A stretch of 64,000 nt of DNA from an uncultured Planctomycetia bacterium (GTDB taxonomy: Bacteria > Omnitrophota > Gorgyraeia > Duberdicusellales > Duberdicusellaceae): NCBI GenBank assembly GCA_964634935.1, contig CAZWJT010000005.1, forward strand, positions 71,128-135,127, written 5' to 3'. The first letter of the stretch is position 1. Every line of letters begins with the position of its first letter. The translations under genes were made by a program, and so were the position numbers. Under the pieces are notes generated by a model that made no database searches, had not been told where the DNA came from, and was given only the letters and a program-made list of their open reading frames with translations. Positions 9,414 to 18,028 of this stretch are shown in pieces.

Positions 9414-9622
9414 AGTTTTCCAATCTTTAATACTCCAATATGACAGGGTGCAGCAGACTCAATTAATTATATGCTTTTTCACATAATCATCAACTGTTTT
9501 GTATTTCCTCAGTCCTAAGGCTGTTTCGCGGCTTCCCCCATAGCCAAAAATCTTTTCCTTGTAATCTTTCCCTTACTCCGATAGAATCATGTGCAAGAAT
9601 ACTATAAAAAAGAAAGTATTTC

Positions 9623-10399
9623 ATGAATCCAATCCCCGCTTTCCTACGCAGCCTAAACCATTTTTCCAACCGTCATTTTTCTCAATGCAACGACATAGAA
9701 CTGCCCCCGCCTTTACTGCGAGAGCGTGTTCATGGCACAATGGACGTACGAAGTTTTATCAAGGTGGGAAGAAATTGCGTTCGAGATTTAACCTTGGTGC
9801 TGCAAAAAAATGGTAAAAATTGGCGTGAATTTCCGATGGTCCTCGATTTTGGCTGCGGCTGCGGCCGGATACTGCGTCACTTAAAAGAGTTTTCTCATCT
9901 CTCCAGGTTTTATGGGATAGACATGGATCGAGAAGCTATCGAATGGTGCCAGAAAAAAATGGGATTTGCTCAGTTTAATACTAATAATCCGCTGCCTCCC
10001 CTAAATCTTCCTCATAAAACATTTGATTTAATCTTTGCTGTCTCTGTATTCACCCACTTGGACGAAAAAGATCAATTTGCCTGGCTTACGGAATTACACC
10101 GCATAGCAAAAGAAAAAGCACTGATACTGATAACAACGGAAGGAAGTCTTATCCCTACAATCGGAAACTACTGCGGCCAGTCGCTTTCGCGGCAAGAAAT
10201 CGAACTCCTGAAAAATAACGGAATCTTTTCAAAAAAACCAGCACCTGAAAGCTACTTTTCCTCCTACGCATCATACTGCCATAGTTATCACACCAAAGAA
10301 TATATCTTTGCGAATTGGCCGAGGTATTTCAACATCACAGACTTTATTCGGCGCGGCCTCAACAATCATCACGATATTACAGTCTTAGAAAAGATCTAA
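9623..10399 (+). CDS. Class I SAM-dependent methyltransferase
   Basis: Motif I 'VLDFGCGCGRILRHL', with an acidic residue at the end of beta2 ('YGIDMD'). Confidence 0.7.
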   Translation: MNPIPAFLRSLNHFSNRHFSQCNDIELPPPLLRERVHGTMDVRSFIKVGRNCVRDLTLVLQKNGKNWREFPMVLDFGCGCGRILRHLKEFSHLSRFYGIDMDREAIEWCQKKMGFAQFNTNNPLPPLNLPHKTFDLIFAVSVFTHLDEKDQFAWLTELHRIAKEKALILITTEGSLIPTIGNYCGQSLSRQEIELLKNNGIFSKKPAPESYFSSYASYCHSYHTKEYIFANWPRYFNITDFIRRGLNNHHDITVLEKI

Positions 10400-10600
10400 G
10401 CCCGGCTTGCATAAGCCCATGCGCGCAAAAGGACAAACAAAATCAAAACTCTGTTACGATTCTATTTTTCGGAAGGTTTCTTTAAAAAACTGCTGTAGCT
10501 CTAGAAATTGAACTCCCCCTCGTGGAAACGCTTGGATATTTCTTCGAAATCTCCTGCGCACATTTCGGGATGATTTTTTAGCCTTTGGCTAAAAAATCTA

Positions 10601-10688
10601 CGGAGAGGCAGGGATTTGAACCCTGGGACCGCTTTTGGCGGTCACACGCTCTCCAGGCGTGCCGATTAAACCACTCTCGCACCTCTCC
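10601..10688 (-). tRNA. tRNA-Ser (anticodon GGA), 88 nt, type II long variable arm, no encoded CCA
   Basis: Manual fold of the reverse complement gives acceptor GGAGAGG/CCTCTCC, anticodon stem CACGC/GCGTG with loop CTGGAGA, a long variable arm and a T-arm CAGGG-TTCAAAT-CCCTG. Confidence 0.8.
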
Positions 10689-10741
10689 GAAAAACCACGG
10701 CAAGCGGTTCAAGAAGCGTTTGTTTCTGAAAAAGGTGGGCG

Positions 10742-10939
10742 TTACTTTAAATTCTTGCGTACTTCCTGTTCAGCCTGAAACCAAAAACTCCAATCATTGC
10801 CGAACGGCTTCCCGGCTTTCTCCCAGAGTTCAAAAGCCTTATTTTGAACCAAAGCGAATATTTCATTCTCACTGATCTTCTTTGATGTAGTGCTTTTTTG
10901 CGGCTTAGACACCACTTTGGACTTTGCTTTTTGGATCAT
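10742..10939 (-). CDS. DUF2934-family small protein
   Basis: The 65-aa protein carries 'EIFALVQNKAFELWEKAGKPFGNDWSFWFQAEQE', matching the DUF2934 consensus (I...AYELWE..G.P.G.D.EDW..AE). It overlaps the start of the first GH57 gene by 4 nt. Confidence 0.55.
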   Translation of the reverse strand: MIQKAKSKVVSKPQKSTTSKKISENEIFALVQNKAFELWEKAGKPFGNDWSFWFQAEQEVRKNLK

Positions 10940-12990
10940 GACACTCCTCCTTTTTTCTCAAGCGAAAGACTAAAATGAAAACTTTTATCACCCAGGTCTT
11001 TTATAAAATAAACGGCGATCTGCTGATAATTCTTCTCGTATCCGGATTCAGAAGAAGAAACTGAATATAGAGGATAAACTAAAATGGAGAAATTTTCAAG
11101 AGAAAATTTAAGAATAATCTTTCTCCACTCATCAACCAGCATAAATTTGGTAACCCGTTCAAAAATATTTTCAGTCTTTAGTGAAAAATTCTGCCCTCCG
11201 GCGTTATAGAAAGCGCTTTCGATTGAGGGAATAAACAGATTGAATTCAATCGCTATTTTCTTATCCTGAAATTCTTTCTGGGCAGCAACCTGATAAGAAA
11301 AATCAATTCTCGGTTCAGCGGAAAAAACCTTAATATCTTTCTTCAATGAAAGAAAAGAGCATGCATTGGCGCAGGTAACTTTTAAGGCAGATTGCGAATG
11401 AACCCAGGAAATATCGTAGAATGTGTTGGCGAAAGAATGAAAATACCTTCCTTCCTGAAATGCCCGCATATCTATCCGTTCAACGATATGATCAAGACAA
11501 GCGGTTTTTTCATACCAGTCATAGATAAGCAGTTTCTCCAATCCATCCTCTTTTGCCCGGGGAGCATCGTGGATCGTAGCAGGCGTACCCTGGGAAGCTT
11601 GTCCGGATTTTTCGAAAAGATGACTATGATAATTTTCTCTGCGCCGGGTCACCGTATTGAGCAAATTAATCGAAAACTCGGGAGCGCTCAGCTCCGTGAT
11701 ACTCCCTGAAAGAGAAGAACACACAAGGTGCAGGGCACGAGTACGCACCATGAGCTCTTCTGCTCCATCAAGGTTGACATCCTTCTTTTCAACAAAAAAA
11801 TCCTGTTTTCCCTTCCGATGAAGCAATGCTTCTGCCTGAATCAAATTCTGATAGACTGCATCGCGTAAATGTCCAAGATAGAAACCCCCGAATACTCCAT
11901 GCCAATACGCGCAGTTGCATTGGGCTTTCCAGAGGTATTCGAAAATAGATTTATCTTTTTTTGCGTCAGCTTCAGAACCAATCTTATCGCTTAAATACAT
12001 CATTTTTTTGTGCATATCGTTAATCCGGGGATATTTATGGAAAAAATTCTTGAAAAAACCTCCCCGCACAAACGGTTCCGCCTGAGGAAATTCCTGTTTT
12101 ACCTTCTGGGATAAATTCCGGTAAATCAAATATTGATCATATTCAAGAACCCATTCCATCATCTCACTATAAGATCCTGTTGGCAGATAAACAATGCCCG
12201 AAGAAGCAAACTGTTCAAGCGCTTCCGCAAAAGTAATCGTTTCAATCCAGCTCTGGTTAGCCTCGAGAAATGCAAAGAAATCATTCAGCCACTTTTTGGT
12301 ATAAACCCAATCGTAAGTATGCGGCCACATACCGAACTTTTCACCATCATCCACCAGGGTAACCAGAACATCACTATCCTGCCGCAGGAATTTTTTCAAT
12401 AGGCCCGCTAATTCTGGTATGGTTGAGAATGGAACTTTGTACCGCAGTGTCTTACAAATTGGAAATACAGAAACCGCGCGACCGCTCTCTTCGGTGGTGT
12501 AGTATCCGAGTATTTCATCGTCAAGAAAACCGCATTGACGGAAATGAGCGTCGTCGACGAGCGTAAACCGCAGGTCGCTCTCGGATAAAACCAATGGTAC
12601 ATCAGGTTGCCAAATCCGCTCCGTAAGCCAAGCCCCCTGGGGCTTTTGTTTAAATTGCTTCGCAATAAACAAATTCATCTTATGAATCTGTGCCAGCTGG
12701 TCTGAGCGAGGAATCACCGAAAGAATAGGCTCATAGTAACCGCTGCTCAAAAACTCAATCTGCTTCTTTGCTCCAAGGTTTTTTAGAATTCCCAACAAAT
12801 CTTCTTTTTTCTGCTCAAGAAGCCAATCAAAAAGACAACCACTGAAATGCACATTGCATTTAACGGAAAAGTTGCGTAAAACCCGGAAAAATGGAAGATA
12901 ACACGTCTGGTAAGCCTGCTCAATGACTGAATCGAAATTTCCTACAGGCTGGTGGTTGTGGACTCCGAAAAGCAGATATACCTTACCCAT
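10936..12990 (-). CDS. Glycoside hydrolase family 57 protein (large form; alpha-glucanotransferase/amylopullulanase-like)
   Basis: N-terminal 'LLFGVHNHQPVGNF' is the GH57 signature (HxHQP). The 684-aa protein overlaps the next GH57 gene by 8 nt. Confidence 0.75.
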   Translation of the reverse strand: MGKVYLLFGVHNHQPVGNFDSVIEQAYQTCYLPFFRVLRNFSVKCNVHFSGCLFDWLLEQKKEDLLGILKNLGAKKQIEFLSSGYYEPILSVIPRSDQLAQIHKMNLFIAKQFKQKPQGAWLTERIWQPDVPLVLSESDLRFTLVDDAHFRQCGFLDDEILGYYTTEESGRAVSVFPICKTLRYKVPFSTIPELAGLLKKFLRQDSDVLVTLVDDGEKFGMWPHTYDWVYTKKWLNDFFAFLEANQSWIETITFAEALEQFASSGIVYLPTGSYSEMMEWVLEYDQYLIYRNLSQKVKQEFPQAEPFVRGGFFKNFFHKYPRINDMHKKMMYLSDKIGSEADAKKDKSIFEYLWKAQCNCAYWHGVFGGFYLGHLRDAVYQNLIQAEALLHRKGKQDFFVEKKDVNLDGAEELMVRTRALHLVCSSLSGSITELSAPEFSINLLNTVTRRRENYHSHLFEKSGQASQGTPATIHDAPRAKEDGLEKLLIYDWYEKTACLDHIVERIDMRAFQEGRYFHSFANTFYDISWVHSQSALKVTCANACSFLSLKKDIKVFSAEPRIDFSYQVAAQKEFQDKKIAIEFNLFIPSIESAFYNAGGQNFSLKTENIFERVTKFMLVDEWRKIILKFSLENFSILVYPLYSVSSSESGYEKNYQQIAVYFIKDLGDKSFHFSLSLEKKGGVS

Positions 12991-14557
12991 GAGGCAGGGA
13001 TGGTAAGCGAACTCCCAGAAGTTTGCTTATTTCTTTGACATAAGAGAAGAATATTTGGGCGAAATCTTTCTTTGAATCTTCAAAAGTATTCCACCAGTTC
13101 CAATCGCTACCCTCGATAATATGCAAATAGTCCTCAATCTTCTTGCGCTTACGTTCGTCAAGCTTTACCTCGCTCAGTTTACGCCGCAATCTGGCGAGAA
13201 TCTCCCAGTTGGTATTATTCTTTTCCGAACCAACCCAAACCCCAAAGTCGCCGTTAATCCATGATCCGGGTGATAAACGCTCAAGACGCTTTGGTTTCTG
13301 CTGCGCGGTATAGCCGGAGATCGTGTTTGACAGAAGCTCAGGATGTTTTTCAATTTCAGCATACAGCGTACTTAAGAACTGCCGTCCGTTGTCTGGATAA
13401 TACTCCCAGGCATTCTCCCCATCCATGGCGATAACTACCCCGGGTTGAGGGTAAATCTTCCCGACATATTCATGGATACGCCGGAAATGACCGACAATAT
13501 CGAAAGCTGCAGCAGAAAGATTCTGCCAGCTATGGTAGCTGAAACCAATTGTATCCGAAAGATTCTTATCACGAAACACGAAGTTCATCGAGTCAAAAGA
13601 ATACGGCTGATAGATGATGTGCCTTTGGCGTTTTAAAAGATCCACGGGAATTTTTGATCCCGCAAGACTCTTAAACAATATGTCCTCATCCGTTGCCAGC
13701 CACCGGAAATTCTTCCCTTGGTAGATAGAAACAACCGCCTCACTGACGCTGCCTTCCGAAGGCCAGGAACCACACGGTGAAGTATGGAAAACTTTTTCTG
13801 CAAGGTTTTTGGCATTTTCTACATGCCACAATGCGTCCTCAGGGAAGGCAAACCTCAGCGAAGGAGCAGTAAGATAAGAAAACTGCTTGGTAATATCCGT
13901 ATCGCAAAGCAAGGGCATAATCGGATGATAATACGGGGTGATACTGATTTCGATTCTTCCTTCCGCGCACAGTTTCTGATAAAGAGGAAAAATCTTCTCC
14001 ATAACATCGTAGTGCTTCTGAAACACGTATTTCTTCTCACTCAGAGAAAAATTCTTCCCTTTAGCAAATATGTGCTGGAGATTCTTATCCTCCTCAATCG
14101 TGAGACTGTGAAACCATACCAGATTAAAATAAACCTGAAGATCAAAAATATCTTGCCTGGAAAACTTGGTGAATTGTTTGCTGAGAAATTTTTGGTAGAG
14201 CTCAAGGTAGCGAGGATACGGTTCAATCATGGTTTTTCGGTTAACTCCGAAAAACCTTTCGAGGATAAATTTTCGTTCAAGGCTTGTGAGAGAAGCCGGG
14301 TCTTTCTGGGAAAGCTTTAAATAGTAATCGGATGCTTTGTTGACGGTGTAATCACGAATCTGCTCAAGCAGAATGCCGGAAAAATTGAAGTTCCCCTTGA
14401 TCGCATGAAAACGTGAAAGCAACAGAGCAAATGGATAGTAATCTTTCACGGCATGCAAGCGTGTCCATGGCAAATAGTAATCCTTGCTATTCACCTTGCG
14501 ATAACAAGGCTGATGCATATGCCAGAGAAAAACTAAATGAGTGCGGCGCGTGTGCAT
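12983..14557 (-). CDS. Glycoside hydrolase family 57 protein (alpha-amylase-like paralog)
   Basis: 'LVFLWHMHQPCYR' GH57 N-terminal signature in a 524-aa protein. Confidence 0.75.
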   Translation of the reverse strand: MHTRRTHLVFLWHMHQPCYRKVNSKDYYLPWTRLHAVKDYYPFALLLSRFHAIKGNFNFSGILLEQIRDYTVNKASDYYLKLSQKDPASLTSLERKFILERFFGVNRKTMIEPYPRYLELYQKFLSKQFTKFSRQDIFDLQVYFNLVWFHSLTIEEDKNLQHIFAKGKNFSLSEKKYVFQKHYDVMEKIFPLYQKLCAEGRIEISITPYYHPIMPLLCDTDITKQFSYLTAPSLRFAFPEDALWHVENAKNLAEKVFHTSPCGSWPSEGSVSEAVVSIYQGKNFRWLATDEDILFKSLAGSKIPVDLLKRQRHIIYQPYSFDSMNFVFRDKNLSDTIGFSYHSWQNLSAAAFDIVGHFRRIHEYVGKIYPQPGVVIAMDGENAWEYYPDNGRQFLSTLYAEIEKHPELLSNTISGYTAQQKPKRLERLSPGSWINGDFGVWVGSEKNNTNWEILARLRRKLSEVKLDERKRKKIEDYLHIIEGSDWNWWNTFEDSKKDFAQIFFSYVKEISKLLGVRLPSLPHG

Positions 14558-16143
14558 TATTTTTTCGCAAACACCGAGAAATCTATTTCGGAGAATATGT
14601 TATTCCTACTTTCCATATTCGCCAAAATATCCTGCCTCGGATTATCATGCCGGTAGAGCCGGGTAAGCGTATGGAAGTTTCGTAAGTGCTCAAGGGTTCT
14701 TTTCTTGGCGTACTCAGTGAATGTGCCTGTTTTCATAATAAAAGCCCAGTCGCTCGATTGCGCCAAGAGAAGTTCTCTGGCCATCTGATTGAGAATGCGC
14801 CGTTTGACCGCTGGAGCCCCGTTCGCCTGCGTAGCAAGATTTGTCATTGTTTCACAGGCACGATGCAAATGAGGATAAACCCAATCATTGGAACCATTTA
14901 ACCAAACCTCGCTGTATCCTTTCCAGCCCCAGCTTGACGCTGCAGGACGAATCACCTGATTTTTCGGATAGAGTTTCAGATATCCCATTGGAGTAATTAA
15001 TTTTATATCCGACTGGTCGTAGTGCATTTTCTTAATTAAAAAATAGAGAAAATCAACTCCTTCAAACCACCAGTGTCCATATAATTCGGCATCGTAAGGA
15101 GAAAGAATGATCGGTTCACGGCCAAGACGCGACTGTAAGTATTCAACCTGCCGTTGGCGGTTAAACATAAAGTTCCCGGCATGATCAGCCGCCTTCGAAA
15201 GAGCAACATTGTAATCGTATGGTTCCTTTATCGGAGATTCACCGGTAATTTTGTGATATTTGATCCCTGTGAAGATCCTCACTCCATCAGCAGCGACATA
15301 AGGACGAATATAGTTAAAATCCAGATCAAATCCAATGTCACGATAATATTCGCGATAATTATAGTCGCCTGGATATCCTTCAATCGAACTCCAAACGCTC
15401 TTGGAGCTTTCGTGGTCGCGCCCGAACACGGCAACCCGGTTAGGGGTGTAATATCCGGAGTAAACCCCGAATTTTGGACGGGGACGCGCGAAGAGTACTC
15501 CGTGGGTTTCAAGAATAAAAAATTTGATTCCCTCTTCTTTCAAAAATTTATCGACCCCTTCAAAATAACCGCATTCAGGAAGCCAGATTCCGTTTGGATT
15601 CCGCCCAAAATATTTACGGTATGAATTTACTCCAACGCGTATCTGCGCCCGCACTGCCTCATCCTGAATACTCAGAAGAGGCAAATATCCATGGGTTGCT
15701 CCGCAGGTAATAATTTCAAGATGCCCGCTCTCCTGAAGACTTTTGAATTGCCCCAGAATATCCCGCGACCACTTGTGAAATACCAAATCCTTGCTGTGCG
15801 CAAAGCGATGATAATACATCTGCGCCAACTTATAGAATTCCGGAGACCAACGGTTCCTTTCAATTTCCTTCTCGGACAGCTCGATCATCTTGTCGAGGTA
15901 GGCACCATAACGGCTCACCAAGAGTTCGTCGGCAAGCATATTGCAGAGCGAAGGAGAAACATTGATCGTTACCGCGAAACTCACTCCTTCGCTTCGCAGA
16001 GAAAAGAATTTATCGAGTAAAGGGATATAGGTTTCAGTAAGAGCTTCGAAAAACCAGCGCTCTTCAAGAAACTCCTCGTATTCGGGATGCCGGACAAAAG
16101 GCAGATGCGCGTGCAAAACAATTGAAAGATATCCTTTTGGCAT
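14557..16143 (-). CDS. GH57-type 1,4-alpha-glucan branching enzyme (GH57 catalytic domain plus DUF1957-like C-terminus)
   Basis: 'YLSIVLHAHLPFVRHPE' is typical of GH57 branching enzymes. At 528 aa it matches Thermus/Thermococcus-type GH57 GBEs in size. Confidence 0.7.
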   Translation of the reverse strand: MPKGYLSIVLHAHLPFVRHPEYEEFLEERWFFEALTETYIPLLDKFFSLRSEGVSFAVTINVSPSLCNMLADELLVSRYGAYLDKMIELSEKEIERNRWSPEFYKLAQMYYHRFAHSKDLVFHKWSRDILGQFKSLQESGHLEIITCGATHGYLPLLSIQDEAVRAQIRVGVNSYRKYFGRNPNGIWLPECGYFEGVDKFLKEEGIKFFILETHGVLFARPRPKFGVYSGYYTPNRVAVFGRDHESSKSVWSSIEGYPGDYNYREYYRDIGFDLDFNYIRPYVAADGVRIFTGIKYHKITGESPIKEPYDYNVALSKAADHAGNFMFNRQRQVEYLQSRLGREPIILSPYDAELYGHWWFEGVDFLYFLIKKMHYDQSDIKLITPMGYLKLYPKNQVIRPAASSWGWKGYSEVWLNGSNDWVYPHLHRACETMTNLATQANGAPAVKRRILNQMARELLLAQSSDWAFIMKTGTFTEYAKKRTLEHLRNFHTLTRLYRHDNPRQDILANMESRNNIFSEIDFSVFAKK

Positions 16144-16144
16144 A

Positions 16145-17275
16145 TTATTTCTCGGTTCTTTCTACGACTGGAGTAATCGTAATCGTGTCGATTTTGTCAG
16201 AAGAAGTTGCGGATATCGGAAATTCAAATTTTCCCTTTGGAAGATACTGGCGAAAACTGAAAGTTCCGTCATGGCGGAGCGGGGTTTGCTTGCCATGAAC
16301 AGTCAGAGTAGCATCTGGCTTAGTTCTGCCATAGACGATAAGTTCCGTATGCACCTCTAAGAAAAACTCTCTTTCCTTGGCTTTCTTCGAAGGCACAAAC
16401 GATGACATTCCGGAAGCGCCGAACGAAGAAATCTGCCGTTTAAATACTTCTTCAAACTTTCTCCGGCGTTCAAGAGAACTGCGACCTAAATCATAGAGAC
16501 CAAGTATCCGGAAATACTCCTCGTCGGGTAAAACCCACTCTTCATCAATAAGATCAGAAATTCCAAAATAAGGGGTCGAGACGATATTCGAACGACAAAT
16601 CATATAGAATTTTCCGCTGGCGGTTAGAAAACCGATATCAACACAAAAACTATTTTCGGGGTTTTCCACGTTGATATACCAATTTTGCGCAACATCGCCG
16701 ACTACAATATCAAAATAACTCTTGGCATTCAACCCATCGAAATGAGCAACGCCGGTCACATTGTATACGCGCAACGCCTTCCGGATATCGGTTCGTTCGT
16801 GTTGAGGAATGCTCTCGAAAACTTCGCGTTCGTGTTCGGCGGAAATATCCCAATAGGTATGAAGCCACCAAGGATCTCGTACTAAAAGCACAATACGGTT
16901 ATCCTGGTAGCGATACGGCAGATCCACGGAAACTTCTTTTTGTTCCTGAGCGCTCGTTTCGTATTTTGCGCTCTCAGCGTGCATCTTATTATTGAGCATG
17001 CCCGGGATTGTCTCTTCACGGATTAAATTTTCCCGCAAAGCAGAAGACGCTGGTTTGCCTTTGGCTATAACTTTTTTTCCTTGAGAGATAGAACGAACCT
17101 TCTGAACAAAAGAAGTTATCTTTTTCTTGGTTGCTTTCTTGTTGTCGGCTGGTTTGTTTGCAGAAGCTCGAGCAGTTTTTTCTATGATTTTTCCAAGTAG
17201 CGAAGTTGATTTCTTTTTTGAGGAAGCACTTGCTTTTTTTGAAGAAAATCCAAATACTCCGCCTTTTTTCATCAT
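16145..17275 (-). CDS. DUF4912-domain protein with a K/S/A-rich low-complexity N-terminus (GH57-associated partner)
   Basis: 'LLVRDPWWLHTYWDI' motif. The N-terminal ~110 aa are Lys/Ser/Ala-rich and likely disordered. The gene is immediately upstream of, and co-directional with, the GH57 genes. Confidence 0.55.
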   Translation of the reverse strand: MMKKGGVFGFSSKKASASSKKKSTSLLGKIIEKTARASANKPADNKKATKKKITSFVQKVRSISQGKKVIAKGKPASSALRENLIREETIPGMLNNKMHAESAKYETSAQEQKEVSVDLPYRYQDNRIVLLVRDPWWLHTYWDISAEHEREVFESIPQHERTDIRKALRVYNVTGVAHFDGLNAKSYFDIVVGDVAQNWYINVENPENSFCVDIGFLTASGKFYMICRSNIVSTPYFGISDLIDEEWVLPDEEYFRILGLYDLGRSSLERRRKFEEVFKRQISSFGASGMSSFVPSKKAKEREFFLEVHTELIVYGRTKPDATLTVHGKQTPLRHDGTFSFRQYLPKGKFEFPISATSSDKIDTITITPVVERTEK

Positions 17276-17407
17276 TCTCCCCCCGCCTTATTTTGTAGGT
17301 TATTTGAAAGATATAGTGATAGTATCATTCCTCATTTTAAAAGTCAAGAAATTTGTGCCCTGGAATACCTTCCTTTATAGATAGGTTATATATAATTTTA
17401 TATAATA

Positions 17408-18025
17408 CTATATAAGCGGCTTCCGGCTACAAAAAGACTCTTTTAAGGTTGCTACATCTGTGTGTTCGATCTGTCTCCCTAATGGAATTCCAAGAGCAAT
17501 CCGTGACATCTTCATTGCGTACTGTGAAAATTTATCTTTCAGGAAAAGAGCTGTAAGCTGTCCTTCATTATCAGACCCAGTAGCAATAACTAGTTCTTTA
17601 ATTTCTCCTTTTGCAATCCTATTTTCCAACATTCTTACATCCATTGCTTCCGGGGTCCTCCCCTCTAATGGCGAAATTCCTCCCAAAAGAACAAAATAAA
17701 GACCCTGGAATACGCCCGTTCGCTCAATAGCAAGAATATCCCGCGGATGCTCAACAACGCAAACAACTGATTTATCCCTTTTGGAATCCCGACACAATGC
17801 GCATATAGGTTCCAGAGAAAAGTTATTACAAAGAGTGCAAGGCTTGATCACTGATCTCGTTTTCCGGATAAGCTCAGAAAGACCTTCAGAAAAACCGTTC
17901 CTCGACTCCACGAGATAGAAAGCAATCCGCTCAGCGCTCCTGCGCCCTACTCCTGGTAAAAAACTCAGCGCATCGATTAATTTTTCTAAAACTTCCGGAT
18001 AGACACCCATCTTACCGTCACCCAC
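17408..18025 (-). CDS. recR: Recombination protein RecR
   Basis: HhH motif 'LSFLPGVGRRSAERIAF', C4 zinc finger 'CTLCNNFSLEPICALC' and a Toprim domain with 'DxD'. It lies directly downstream of dnaX. Confidence 0.85.
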   Translation of the reverse strand: MGDGKMGVYPEVLEKLIDALSFLPGVGRRSAERIAFYLVESRNGFSEGLSELIRKTRSVIKPCTLCNNFSLEPICALCRDSKRDKSVVCVVEHPRDILAIERTGVFQGLYFVLLGGISPLEGRTPEAMDVRMLENRIAKGEIKELVIATGSDNEGQLTALFLKDKFSQYAMKMSRIALGIPLGRQIEHTDVATLKESFCSRKPLI

Positions 18026-18028
18026 ACA

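Noticed and set aside
10571-10600. Perfect palindrome ttttttagcc-ttt-ggctaaaaaa next to the 3' end of tRNA-Ser
   Set aside because: The T-run precedes and the A-run follows the GC core on both strands. This is the wrong polarity for an intrinsic terminator, and the GC stem is only 4 bp. I noted it as a palindrome of uncertain function.
10585-10875. 96-aa plus-strand ORF
   Set aside because: It overlaps tRNA-Ser(GGA) and the DUF2934 gene antisense and has no protein-like features.
11392-11709. 105-aa plus-strand ORF inside the first GH57 gene
   Set aside because: It is antisense to a well-supported GH57 CDS and has no motifs.
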